Of a stretch of DNA of 64,000 nt, positions 52,762-63,619 are shown piece after piece. This DNA comes from a candidate division FCPU426 bacterium (lineage in GTDB: Bacteria; Oederibacteriota; Muellerivitia; Muellerivitales; Muellerivitaceae). How positions within the stretch are numbered: position 1 is the first letter of the stretch; each line of letters starts with the position of its first letter. The translations under genes and the position numbers were made by a program. The notes beneath the pieces were generated by a model. That model did no database searches and was not told where the DNA came from. It was given only the letters and a program-made list of their open reading frames with translations. The stretch spans positions 257,707 through 321,706 of the forward strand of contig CAWKAR010000027.1 in assembly GCA_963847625.1 (NCBI GenBank), read 5' to 3'.

Positions 52762-53865
52762 ATGAATCGTAAAATCTGCTGTTTTTTTATTTCGTGTCTG
52801 TTTTTAATACATTTCGCTCCCTTTGTTTTGGCGGGTGAGGTGACTTGGAATAATGATTTTACCTTCTATGGAGATAATACCGAATTCTTCGAACCCTATC
52901 GGACCGGCGAAACCATCCTGGGTCAGCAGGGTAAAAGCTTTTTACGGACTGCCCTGGGTCAAAAGGATTTCCTTTCCGTAGGAGTTTTCGGGGATTTCAG
53001 AAGCCAGAGTGTTGTGGATCCAGTTGTCGATTTAAAACCCATATTATCCTTCGAATATTGGGAGGGAGGGACTCGGCTCATCATGGGAAGCCTCCAAACA
53101 AGGGACCGACACGGTTTTCTGGAGCCGCTGGAAGTGACTTTCCTGGAATTCACCCGACCGGTCGAATACGGCATTCAATGGATCGAGGACGATCCCGTGT
53201 TCAAAACGGACATGTTTTTGAACTGGCACCAACTTAATACTCCAACTCAACCAGAATCCTTTGACTATGGCGGAGTCATGAAACAACCCTTGGATGAAAA
53301 TATTTGCTTGGAAGAACAGTTCCATGGTTTCCACGACGGGGGACAGCTTTATTTTGTCGAGGTGATCAATAATTGGGTCCCTGGAGCGGGTTTCCGTTGG
53401 AGGATTCCGGGCCTTTTAGGGGAAACGGATTTGGCGGTTTTCGGAATCATGAGCGGGCGGCTTGAAGGCGGTGATACTTCCCAAACCCAATGGGGAGGTG
53501 GGGGTTACCTGAAAGCGACGATCTTGCCCGGGGATAAAATTGAGTTTTTTGGTATCGGCTGGAAAGCCCGTGATTTTTACACCCAGGAAGGGGACGCCAA
53601 TTACGCTTCCTATAGCGATCCCGATTCTACGACGGTAGAACAAATTCATAGTTTTGTGCAATCCGACAGGACTTACGTGGAGTTGGGAGCGAAAAAAATA
53701 TTCCCTATGGAAGGCGGCGCAGGATTCGATGCGGAATTTCGAGTTCATTTTATGGATCAATATTCCGCCTATTCCTATCGTTTGGCAGTTTACGCCCCTT
53801 TCGACTTCCCGGTCTTTTCAACGAAAACTGGAGGCGATGGGGGATCTGCCCATGACGTGGAATAA
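52762..53865 (+). CDS. Putative outer-membrane beta-barrel protein
   Basis: Signal peptide; aromatic-rich beta pattern. Confidence 0.7.
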   Translation: MNRKICCFFISCLFLIHFAPFVLAGEVTWNNDFTFYGDNTEFFEPYRTGETILGQQGKSFLRTALGQKDFLSVGVFGDFRSQSVVDPVVDLKPILSFEYWEGGTRLIMGSLQTRDRHGFLEPLEVTFLEFTRPVEYGIQWIEDDPVFKTDMFLNWHQLNTPTQPESFDYGGVMKQPLDENICLEEQFHGFHDGGQLYFVEVINNWVPGAGFRWRIPGLLGETDLAVFGIMSGRLEGGDTSQTQWGGGGYLKATILPGDKIEFFGIGWKARDFYTQEGDANYASYSDPDSTTVEQIHSFVQSDRTYVELGAKKIFPMEGGAGFDAEFRVHFMDQYSAYSYRLAVYAPFDFPVFSTKTGGDGGSAHDVE

Positions 53866-55183
53866 AATCACCATTGCTTTTACGACCCTGGGTTGCCGGG
53901 TGAACCAATACGACACCCAAGTCATGAAGGAACAGTTGGAAAAGACTTACTTAACTCCTGTCCCTTTCGGGGAAAAGGCCGATATCTATGTCATCAATAC
54001 TTGCACCGTTACCGCCGCGGCGGACACCGAAGGAAGAATATTGGTTCGCCGGGCTAAAGCCCGAAATCCTGATTCCTTCGTAGTTGTGACGGGTTGTCTG
54101 GCCCAAGACCGGCCCGGGGAAGTCGCCTCCCTTCAAGGTGTTAATTTAGTAGTAAGTAACGAGGGGAAAGCTGGCCTTTTTCACAGAATTCTTCAAGCTT
54201 ACCCAAACCCTGAATGGATAACTCAAGATCCGATTTATTTTTCCGCTTTGGTCCATACTCCTTGGGGCAAGGGTATCTCTCGTTTTGAAGGCCACCAACG
54301 GGCCATTGTCAAAGTCCAAGAGGGCTGTGATTTTGGTTGTTCCTTCTGCTTAGTGCCCCGGGTTCGTGGAAAAATGGTTTCACGGCCTTCGAGGGAGATC
54401 TTGGAGGAAGGAAAAAGGCTTGCCGATAACGGAGTCAAAGAACTGGTTTTAACCGGTATCCAGTTATCCTCTTTTGGGCGGGATTTGGGGCAAAAGGTGT
54501 CCGAACCCCGTTTGGCTCCGGTGATTGAAGGTCTGCTTTCTATCCCGGGAATCCAAAGAGTGCGTCTCTCCTCCTACGCCGTTGCGGATTTTGAAGATGC
54601 CCTCCTTGAATTATGGAAAAATAATACCGGATTTTGTCCCCATCTTCACTTGCCTCTCCAAAGCGGAGATCCATCCGTCTTGAAAGCCATGAGGCGACCC
54701 TATTCCTTGGAAAATTACCGGCAGACGGTGAAAAAAGTCCGAACTTCTGCACCTTCCTTGGGTTTAACCACCGATGTGATCGCAGGATTCCCCGGGGAGA
54801 CGGAGGAAGGCTTCCAGAATACCTTGGATCGAATTCGAGAATTCGACTTCGCGGATTTCCATCCTTTCTCTTACTCCGACCGGCCCAGAACGCCGGGTGA
54901 GACATTGGAACCTAAAGTGCAAGATTCAATAGTCCATGGTCGAATGAAACGCTTGTGGGCCCTTAAGAAGGAATGTCTGTCGAATTCAGCTTCTCGGGCA
55001 TTAGGCCGGATTTTCAGGGTTATCGGGGAGAAACATGATGATAGCTTCTACTCGGGTTTAACCGAAAACGGTCTGAGAGTGTTTTTTCCCGGGGAAGGGA
55101 ATTTGTTAGGAAAAGACATCCAAGTGCGTGTTTTAAACGTTCAAGATGAACAAGTCATCGCTAATGTTGTTGGAAAAAGATGA
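53852..55183 (+). CDS. mtaB: tRNA t6A methylthiotransferase
   Basis: TLGCRVNQYD, INTCTVT, GCDFGCSFC. Confidence 0.9.
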   Translation: MTWNKITIAFTTLGCRVNQYDTQVMKEQLEKTYLTPVPFGEKADIYVINTCTVTAAADTEGRILVRRAKARNPDSFVVVTGCLAQDRPGEVASLQGVNLVVSNEGKAGLFHRILQAYPNPEWITQDPIYFSALVHTPWGKGISRFEGHQRAIVKVQEGCDFGCSFCLVPRVRGKMVSRPSREILEEGKRLADNGVKELVLTGIQLSSFGRDLGQKVSEPRLAPVIEGLLSIPGIQRVRLSSYAVADFEDALLELWKNNTGFCPHLHLPLQSGDPSVLKAMRRPYSLENYRQTVKKVRTSAPSLGLTTDVIAGFPGETEEGFQNTLDRIREFDFADFHPFSYSDRPRTPGETLEPKVQDSIVHGRMKRLWALKKECLSNSASRALGRIFRVIGEKHDDSFYSGLTENGLRVFFPGEGNLLGKDIQVRVLNVQDEQVIANVVGKR

Positions 55184-55283
55184 GGTTTCCTTTGGCTTAT
55201 TTCTTCAAATTGAGAAGATTTATTGGGGAAGAATGAATAAAAACCCGTTTTTAACCCGATCCGCTCCATGCTAAAGTCTATCC

Positions 55284-55907
55284 ATGGCTTTCCACAATCC
55301 CTTGAGCCTTTACAACCGAATTTACCTTTGGTTCTTTTACTTGATTCGTTCATTCCAATACGATCTGCCCGAGAATCGGGTTGGTTGGCGTTCCAGGCAA
55401 AATCAGGAAATTCGTTTTCGCCTTTTAATCGGCATCGGGGATATTGGCTGTAAAAGCATTATGGATGTAGGTAGCGGCTTGGGATGCCTGTACGGTTATT
55501 TAAAATGCAGGGGATGGCAGGGTGAATACGTGGGTTTCGATACTCTGGGTCTTATGGTGAAGGAGGCCCGGCGCCGTTACCCCGGAGTTTTCTTTGAAAA
55601 ACGGGATATTCTTTCTTCACCTTCAGTAAGAAAATGTGATTATGTTTTCATCAGTGGGATTTTCAACCACAAAGTCAAGGATAACTGGGCTTGGGTGGAG
55701 CAAATGATCAAGAAAGCCTTGCTTTTATCCAATAGGGGAGTGGCATTTAATATTCTTAACGCAAATTGTCCTTGGAAGGACGAGGATCTCTTCTACGCCG
55801 ATCCTACGGTTTTGGAAGAAAAAGTCCGCCTTTGGTCCGGTGGAAAATATAAAATATTAGACAGCTATTTACCGGGTGAGGATTTAACGGTTTATCTATA
55901 CCAGTAG
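55284..55907 (+). CDS. Class I SAM-dependent methyltransferase
   Basis: MDVGSGLG, SGIFN. Confidence 0.85.
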   Translation: MAFHNPLSLYNRIYLWFFYLIRSFQYDLPENRVGWRSRQNQEIRFRLLIGIGDIGCKSIMDVGSGLGCLYGYLKCRGWQGEYVGFDTLGLMVKEARRRYPGVFFEKRDILSSPSVRKCDYVFISGIFNHKVKDNWAWVEQMIKKALLLSNRGVAFNILNANCPWKDEDLFYADPTVLEEKVRLWSGGKYKILDSYLPGEDLTVYLYQ

Positions 55908-55919
55908 CCGGGGGAAAAT

Positions 55920-56264
55920 ATGGTCCAGGACTGCCTTTTTTGCAAGTTTGTCAGGAAGGAAATTTCGCCTCGTATCGTCTTCGAAGATGAAGAAACGTTG
56001 GCGTTCCACGATATCCAACCCCAGGCGCCGGTCCATGTCATCTTGATTCCCAAGAAACACGTGGAAACAGTCGGAACCATACCAGAGGGAGATCCAATCG
56101 TCTCCATTTTGACCAACCGAGCAGTCAAGGTTGCTGATATGCTGGGAATTGCCAAGGATGGTTTTCGGCTTATAATGAACAGCGGTTCTCATGGGGGTCA
56201 AGTAGTACCCCACCTGCATATACATCTTTTAGGGGGCCGGGAACTTAAATGGCCACCGGGCTAG
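55920..56264 (+). CDS. HIT (HinT-like) nucleotide-binding protein
   Basis: CLFC, HLHIHLLGG, WPPG. Confidence 0.95.
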   Translation: MVQDCLFCKFVRKEISPRIVFEDEETLAFHDIQPQAPVHVILIPKKHVETVGTIPEGDPIVSILTNRAVKVADMLGIAKDGFRLIMNSGSHGGQVVPHLHIHLLGGRELKWPPG

Positions 56265-56465
56265 AAACCATTACATTTGTCGTATTCCCGTTGATTGTAC
56301 AACATCCATTTCCCTAAGAGTTTTAGGCGATTTTTATCCTGAAACCCATTAGATATAGGTCTATCAGCAGTTGCTTGACGCTTCACTCCTAAACCATTAA
56401 ACTCCTTTTCTCTTTCGGCCTTTAAACCGGAAGCCCATTCCACCCATAGAGGGGAGAGTGACCAC

Positions 56466-56666
56466 GTGGTCGAAGTCAGATTGGAAGAAAATGAACCTAT
56501 CGAAAACGCCCTTAAGCGCTTTAAAAAGGTCGTTCAAAACTCGGGACTCATCTCGGAGATGAAAAAACGGGAGTTTTACGAGAAACCCAGTGAGCGTCGT
56601 AAAAAACGCGAGGCAGCTGCTCGTAAGAAGGCGCGCCGCCGAGCCATGAAGTTCCGGAACGATTAA
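56466..56666 (+). CDS. rpsU: 30S ribosomal protein S21
   Basis: ALKRFKK, EFYEKPSERRK. Confidence 0.96.
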   Translation: MVEVRLEENEPIENALKRFKKVVQNSGLISEMKKREFYEKPSERRKKREAAARKKARRRAMKFRND

Positions 56667-56773
56667 CCTTATGGGGGGGCCGGTTTATCTGACAGCCCTT
56701 TTAAGCTTTTCCAAATTAACGTGATTATTTCTGTTTAAAATCACCGCCCGTCATTTCCCTTGTTGGAGGAATT

Positions 56774-57226
56774 ATGGCATCCGCAATCCTTGAAAAGATC
56801 AATTCCGACCTCGTGATAGCTATGAAGGCCAGGAATGAGGCAGCCGTTTCTGCTCTGCGCATGCTGAAGTCCGCCATTAAGTACAGGGAAGTGGACCTAA
56901 GGCGGGAATTGACCGATGAGGATGTCATGGATGTCCTTGCCAAACAGGCCAAACAACGCAAGGAATCAATCGAGGGATTTGAAAAGGGCGGAAGGGCGGA
57001 AAGCGCGGCCAAGGAAAAAGCCGAATTGGTTTTAATCGAGAAATTTCTCCCGGCGGCTCTAAGCGATGATGAGCTTAATCGTTTTATCGAGGAGGCCGTG
57101 AAAGTTACTGGCGCCGTCGGGCCCAAGGACATGGGCAAGGTCATGGGGTGGCTGAATCCCAAGATCAAGGGAAAGGCCGATATGGCCAAGGTCAGTGGTC
57201 AAGTCAAGGCCAAACTAGGTTTATAA
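56774..57226 (+). CDS. yqeY: GatB/YqeY domain protein
   Basis: AMKAR..LRMLKS, KDMGKVM. Confidence 0.93.
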   Translation: MASAILEKINSDLVIAMKARNEAAVSALRMLKSAIKYREVDLRRELTDEDVMDVLAKQAKQRKESIEGFEKGGRAESAAKEKAELVLIEKFLPAALSDDELNRFIEEAVKVTGAVGPKDMGKVMGWLNPKIKGKADMAKVSGQVKAKLGL

Positions 57227-57304
57227 AAAAATCCTGGGGCGGAATATCCGCTTGAGGTTAAATACCGGGTTGGTTCGCTCTTAGGCGACCGTCCCATCGA
57301 GAGC

Positions 57305-57955
57305 ATGATGATCCTTTCAAAATCATTTTATTCCCGCCAGACCATCCTCGTCGCCCGAGAACTTCTAGGGCAAATCCTGATCCATGAAGAATCCAGAGGC
57401 CCGGCCGCGGGCCGGATCGTGGAAGTGGAAGCCTATCTCCCGCATAAAGATCCAGGGTGCCACGCCGCCCAGGGCCCTACCCCCCGTAATTCCGTAATGT
57501 TTGGTCCTCCCGGTCATGCTTATGTTTATTTCTGCTATGGAAACCATTACCTGTTCAATATCGTCACCGAGAAAGAAGGTGTTCCCGGCGCCGTTTTGAT
57601 CCGGGCCCTAGAACCTGTAAAAGGATTTGAGTTGATGAGCCGCCGCCGGGGTGGACTGCCTCCGGATTCTCTCCAGTTGACCAACGGTCCAGGAAAACTG
57701 GTCCAAGCCCTTGGAATCGGACGGAAGCATAACCGTACTCCGGTTTGGAAGAAACCCCTTTATGTGAAAAAGGCTATGCGAACCGAAAAGATTGGAATCA
57801 CCACCCGGATTGGAATTACCGAAGGTTGGGAACTACCTTTGCGTTTTTATTTAAAGGGGAATCCCTATTTATCCATCAAGCCTGGAATGGACCAGTTTTC
57901 CAAGGGCCGAAGGAAAACCCTTTTTTTAAAGAAGGAAATTGTTTCAAAGGTTTAG
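57305..57955 (+). CDS. 3-methyladenine DNA glycosylase (AAG/MPG type)
   Basis: GRIVEVEAY, AVLIRALEP, NGPGKL. Confidence 0.93.
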   Translation: MMILSKSFYSRQTILVARELLGQILIHEESRGPAAGRIVEVEAYLPHKDPGCHAAQGPTPRNSVMFGPPGHAYVYFCYGNHYLFNIVTEKEGVPGAVLIRALEPVKGFELMSRRRGGLPPDSLQLTNGPGKLVQALGIGRKHNRTPVWKKPLYVKKAMRTEKIGITTRIGITEGWELPLRFYLKGNPYLSIKPGMDQFSKGRRKTLFLKKEIVSKV

Positions 57956-57987
57956 GAATTTTAAATTCATTTCAAAAAGAGAGATTC

Positions 57988-60469
57988 ATGTTGGTTTACT
58001 CGCTGAATGGTAAATGGGATTTCAGAGTTGCAGGCCCTTTGCGTGGCAAGATCCCCCGAAATCTGGAATTGGACCGTTGGTTACCGGCCCACATGCCGGG
58101 AACACTGCATTATCACCTTTGGAAACAAGGTAAAATTCGAGATCCCTTTTACGGGCGCAACGAATTGGATGTCCAATGGGTGGATGAACAAGATTGGGAA
58201 CTGCGCAAGATTTTTTGGGTCAAGGCTAGCGATTGCGAAAAAACCCGGAAAGACCTCATTTTTGGCGGAATTGACGCGGTCGGGGATATATTTTTGAACG
58301 GCAAGGAAGTGGGGCGCTCCACCAACATGTTCCGTCAGGTGGTTTGCGATACCCGCGGTGTCTTAAAATCTGGTAAGAATGAAATCCGGATATTGCTTAA
58401 AAGCCCCACCAATTACGCCAAAAAAGAAGCGCGGCGCAATCGTTTTCTCGTCGATACGGACCGCGAGTTTAAAGGGGAAACAGGAGAAGTCCGTGAAACA
58501 CGCCGGGTTTGGATCCGAAAGGCCCAATGCCATTTCGGATGGGATGGGGGCGTGTATTTGGCGGTTTCCGGCCTTTGGAAACCTGCCTGGTTGGAATGCT
58601 CTGATGCCCCCCGCTTCGCTTCGATTCAAACGCTCCAGTTCCACCTGGGTTCACAAGAAAATCCTGCGCACGTAAAATTGAAATTTACCATTCGGCTGGA
58701 ATCCAGAGTTCCGTCGGAAGGTTTCCTCGAAGTTTCCTGTGGCGGTATAACAACGCTGGTCTCGGCCAAACTGAAAATCGGGGAAAATATTTTGAATGCT
58801 GAACTCGCGCTAAACCGACCCCGGATTTGGTGGCCTGAAGGACAAGGGGAACAATATCTTTATCCTCTTAAGGTGATTTGGAAGGAAGCGGGGGGAGAAA
58901 CCGTCCAAATTGAAAAGCGCTTGGGTCTCAGGACGGTGGAGTTGGTAACCAGGAAAGACCGGTCACCCAAGGCTAGCAAAGGCGAATCATTTTATTTTAA
59001 GATCAACGGACAGCCGGTTTTTATGAAAGGTGCCGATTGGATCCCAGTTGATGCTATGGTGGATCGCTGCACAAGGGGAATCTATCGGCATTTGTTGAAA
59101 TCCATGGCGGAAACTCACATGAATATGGTCCGGGTCTGGGGGGGCGGTTGGTACGAATTGGACGTCTTTTACGACCTTTGCGATGAGATGGGAATCCTGA
59201 TTTGGCAGGACTTCATGATGGCCTGCGCTGTATATCCCGATACATCCAGTTTCCTCCTTGAGCTTTCAGAAGAGGTTAAATTTCAGGTCCGCAGGCTGGG
59301 GGATCATCCCTGCATCGCATTATGGTGCGGCGACAATGAGAATGTCTCGGGTCTGAATCACTGGTGGGACAAAGTGCCGAACGGGCATCGTTATTCCGAA
59401 ATATATCGTAAAGTCATGACGACCGTACAAAAGGTCTGTAAAGCGGAGGATCCGGACCATCCGTTTTGGCTCTCAAGCCCCTCCAATGGGATTTTCCAGG
59501 GTGAACCCGACGACCTGAACAGGGGTGACGTCTATTATCGGAAAGTATGGCATGGGGGGAAACCGTTTAGTGACTACCTGACCGTTAAGCCGCGTTTCGT
59601 CTCGGAATTCGGATTCCAATTTTTTCCAGAATACCGTACGATTTCCTCAGTTGTGCCGACGGACGAAATGAATCCTTCAAGTTGGTCGATGGAACACCAC
59701 CAAAGGTCCCCGAATGGAAACATGCTTATCGCCAACACTTTGGCTCGAGAGATGCCTATCCTGAAGGATTTTGAATCCTTCTGCCTGGCATCCCAGATCA
59801 ACCAAAGTGTGGCTATTCGGACTGCAGTGGAGCATTGGAGACGGGCAAAACCCTGGTGCATGGGAGCACTTTTCTGGCAGTTGAATGATCTTTGGCCCGT
59901 GGCATCCTGGAGTTCCATTGATTATTACGGTCGTTGGAAAGTTTTGCCGCATGAAGCTGAAAGATTTTTCGCCTCCTTGATGGCTTCCATTGTCCCAAAG
60001 AATGAAAGCCTGGAAATATGGGCCACCAGCGATATACCCAAACCTCTCCAGTTGAAGGTGACTTGGAAGCTTTTGTGTGGGACGGCAAAAGAAATGGCCG
60101 GGTTTCAATAAAGGGCAGGCTCGGTGCGGGAGGCGCCGGCTTTTGATGAAGTTGCCATTAAATCGGTTTGGCAAAGGCGGTCTTCACCCCCGGGAAATGA
60201 TATTTTTCATCCGGTTAGGAAATCGCCAAGTGTGTTGCGAAAATTACGCAACACTTTTTCCATGGAAATGGATGCCGTTGAAAAAACCGGAATTAAATAT
60301 CTATCTTTCAAAAACCAGAACCGGCCTTCAATTAACGGTGAAAAGTAAAAATGTTATTCCTTTTTTCTGCGCGGAATTAAGGGGATTGGAGGGTCATTTT
60401 TCAGGTGACTGGAGGGTTCTTAGGCTTGGTTCGTTTTATGATATGTCCTGGATAGTTCATGAGGAATGA
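57988..60469 (+). pseudogene. GH2 beta-mannosidase, frameshifted near C-terminus
   Basis: NMVRVWGGG, IWQDFM, WCGDNE, SEFG, WQLND; the coding frame changes at about 60055-60140. Confidence 0.8.
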
Positions 60470-60594
60470 GGAAGGAAGACGCCAGATTTGGGAGAAGCTC
60501 GGGAACGACTTCGGACCCTTAGTTTTTATGATCTTTTTGAAAAAGCAACGAAAATTCGGAATGATCACTGAATATTTTTTAAAAGGAATTTAAA

Positions 60595-63129
60595 TTGAAA
60601 AGTGAAATAAACCAAATATTTCTAGAAGCCGTCGAGTTTCCCCGACTGTTGGAAATTCTAGCCCGGGACTGTCAAACCCCCTCCGGCCGGGATTATTTAA
60701 GAATGTTCCGTCCATTGGGAGAAACCTCAAACATTGCGGATCGCTTGGCGAAAACGCGGGAATTGGAAGCCCAAATCCTTAAACAAGCTATCCCGTCCAT
60801 TCCTGACCCCCAAAGATTTATCGAGGCTTTTGGGATTGCCCGAGAAAAAGGCGATATTTTCTCCGGGAAGGAATTGGCGGCCTTGTTAAAGTTCCTTTCC
60901 GATGTGGTTCGTTTGAGGCAATACCTTTCCAGGAACCCTTCGGCGGTTCATCTCGGGCGGGATGAACTTATTCCCGATTCAAGTTTCTCTCCTCCCGTGC
61001 CTAACCCAGGGGTAATAAAGGAAGACTCTCGGGATAAGTCGATTTCCACCGTATTCCAGGGGTGGCTTAATCGATTGCACAGTCTTCCTGAATTGAAGGA
61101 AACACTTCAAACCCAAATGACCGATCGGGGGGAAATTCAGGATGCAGCTTCGTCTGAATTAAAAAACATGAGGGATCGAATCCGTATCCTGCGTTCGGAA
61201 ATTCATAAAATTTACCAGGAACTTCTTCGGCAGCAGGAGGCGGAAAATATTTTCCAAGACCGGATCATCACGGAAAGGGAGGGGAGGCTGGTTATTCCAG
61301 TAAAAAGGGACCACCAAAACCGGGTCCCCGGTTTTGTCCATGGTGTTTCATCTTCCGGAGCCACTCTTTTTATCGAACCGAAAGGGGCTGTTGAGAGCAA
61401 TAACCGCCTCAAGGAAGCCCTTTTACAGGAGGATGAGGAGGTTCGCCGGATTTTGCGGGAACTTACCCAAAAAGTTCTGGAATTCGGGGAAAAAATCGAG
61501 GAGACACTGATTGCCAGCGCTGAAATCGACGCTCATGGAGCTTTGGCTATTTTCGCCTCCCGTTATGACGCCCAGTATCTTACTCCCCATCCGGGGCAGT
61601 TTTTATTCCTCAAGGCCGTGCGACATCCTTTGTTGTCGATGGAGGCGGGGAAAAAATTCAGAGAAAAAGTAATACCGTTGGATATTGAATTCAAGGAAGG
61701 TGTTCGCGTCATTCTGGTTTCCGGGCCTAATGCGGGGGGGAAAACCGTGGCCTTGAAGACCATGGGGCTTGTTTGCCTCATGGCTCAGTCGGGCTTGCCG
61801 GTTATTGCTGGTAACGAAAGCACTCTGCCCCTTATCAGGCATTTCGACTCTGACTTAAGGGATGGTCAGAGTTTACAGGACCACTTGAGCGCCTACGCTG
61901 CCAAACTCAAGGCCCTCAAACGCATGTTAGACTATGCTCCGCTTCAGGGGGAGGGGTCTGGGGAAGAACTTCCAACTAGCCTGTTCTTATTGGATGAATT
62001 GGGCGCAGGAACCGATCCCCGCGAGGGTGGGGCCCTGGGACTGGCTTGCCTGGAGGCTTTCCGGGAAAGGGGCGCATGGGTTATGGCCAATACTCACCAA
62101 CCCCTTTTAAAACTATTAACCCAAGAAGAAAAGGGAATGGCCAATGCAGCCATGCTGTTCGATGAGGCCACGGGAAAACCAACGTATCAATTGGTTTCGG
62201 GAATTCCTGGGCGTTCCTATGCTCTGGCCTTGGCCCACCAATTGGGATTTCCCGAGGATCTCCTGGAAAAGGCGAAAACCCATTTGCCTCAGGGTGAAGC
62301 TGACCTTTCGGAAATCCTCTCAAAATTGGGGGCTGAAAAGCAGGTCCTAGAAAATGCCCGCTTAGAAGCGGAAAAAACTCTCGGAAATGTGAGGAAAATG
62401 GAGACAGAACTCATGATCGCCCGGCGCCAGATTAAAGATGAAGCCCGTCGCATCAAGAAAGAGGCTCAAATCGAGGCTGAGGGCTTGATTAAGAATGCTC
62501 GAAGAAAAATGGAACACCTGATCCAGGGTGTGGAAAAACCAAGAAGCGCGGTCGTGGACCGGGATAAAATCAAGACTGCCCGGCAGGAAATGAACCGGAA
62601 ACTCAAGAATATAGCCCCGCCACCCGTCAGAAGATATTCCGAAATCCGCGAGTTAAAAGAAGGGGATTCGGTTTTCTTCAAGTCTGGAAACACGGAAGTG
62701 AAGGTGGTATCCGCGGACGATGAAAAGGAAGAAGCGGTGATTCTCATGGGAAACGGTCTCAAGCTTTCCTGTAAGTATTTGGATCTGGGAAAACTCGTAA
62801 AAGAAACAAAAACCAAGTTACCTGGAGCACCCGCGTCCTTGACAGGAGTCATCCTGGCTTCCGGTGGAATGGACGATAAAGGCAATCTAGACTTGGATTT
62901 GCGGGGGAAATTAGTGGATCAAGCCTTGCCACTTCTTGACAAGTTTCTCGATGATGCTTTATTGGTAAATCTTCCCTTTGTCCGTATTATTCATGGAAAG
63001 GGAACAGGAGCTCTGAAGGAAGCCATCCACAAACATTTGCCCGCCGCTCACCCGGCCGTCGAGTTTACTTTGGCCGAGTCGACCCAAGGCGGTGCTGGAG
63101 TTACAGTGATCAAGTTCAAAAAAAACTGA
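60595..63129 (+). CDS. mutS2: MutS2 with Smr domain
   Basis: SGPNAGGKT, LDELGAGTDP, IIHGKGTG. Confidence 0.95.
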   Translation: MKSEINQIFLEAVEFPRLLEILARDCQTPSGRDYLRMFRPLGETSNIADRLAKTRELEAQILKQAIPSIPDPQRFIEAFGIAREKGDIFSGKELAALLKFLSDVVRLRQYLSRNPSAVHLGRDELIPDSSFSPPVPNPGVIKEDSRDKSISTVFQGWLNRLHSLPELKETLQTQMTDRGEIQDAASSELKNMRDRIRILRSEIHKIYQELLRQQEAENIFQDRIITEREGRLVIPVKRDHQNRVPGFVHGVSSSGATLFIEPKGAVESNNRLKEALLQEDEEVRRILRELTQKVLEFGEKIEETLIASAEIDAHGALAIFASRYDAQYLTPHPGQFLFLKAVRHPLLSMEAGKKFREKVIPLDIEFKEGVRVILVSGPNAGGKTVALKTMGLVCLMAQSGLPVIAGNESTLPLIRHFDSDLRDGQSLQDHLSAYAAKLKALKRMLDYAPLQGEGSGEELPTSLFLLDELGAGTDPREGGALGLACLEAFRERGAWVMANTHQPLLKLLTQEEKGMANAAMLFDEATGKPTYQLVSGIPGRSYALALAHQLGFPEDLLEKAKTHLPQGEADLSEILSKLGAEKQVLENARLEAEKTLGNVRKMETELMIARRQIKDEARRIKKEAQIEAEGLIKNARRKMEHLIQGVEKPRSAVVDRDKIKTARQEMNRKLKNIAPPPVRRYSEIRELKEGDSVFFKSGNTEVKVVSADDEKEEAVILMGNGLKLSCKYLDLGKLVKETKTKLPGAPASLTGVILASGGMDDKGNLDLDLRGKLVDQALPLLDKFLDDALLVNLPFVRIIHGKGTGALKEAIHKHLPAAHPAVEFTLAESTQGGAGVTVIKFKKN

Positions 63130-63156
63130 CAACGGTCAGTTACTCGCCGAGGTCTA

Positions 63157-63560
63157 ATGAAATATACGGACGACATCATTCAACGAGTAAAAGACGCGAC
63201 CGACATTGTGGCGATAGTTGGGGAACACGTCAAACTCAAGAAGGCGGGAGCCAGCTACAAAGGTCTCTGCCCCTTTCACAACGAAAAAACACCCAGCTTT
63301 ATGGTGTCCCCCGGGCGCAACAGTTTCCACTGCTTCGGCTGTGGTAAAGGAGGCAATGCCATTACCTTTATCATGGAGGTGGAAAAACTTTCTTTTCCTG
63401 AAGCCCTTCGACTCCTTGCGGATAAAACTGGAATTGCCCTGCCCAAACCCGAATCAAGCGAAGAAGACCAGGAAACCAGCCGACAAAGGGACCGGATGTT
63501 CGAAGCCAATGACTTCACTGCGAGATATTTCCAGGAACGCCTTCTTTCTTCCGACTTTTC
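63157..63560 (+). CDS. dnaG: DNA primase, N-terminal zinc-finger part only (truncated)
   Basis: GLCPFHNEKTPSF..CFGC; homology stops near 63560. Confidence 0.9.
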
Positions 63561-63619
63561 CAGAAGCATCATCCGCCTGGATGCGCGGATCAGGTCCTGT
63601 GCATGACGCGCCCATCACC

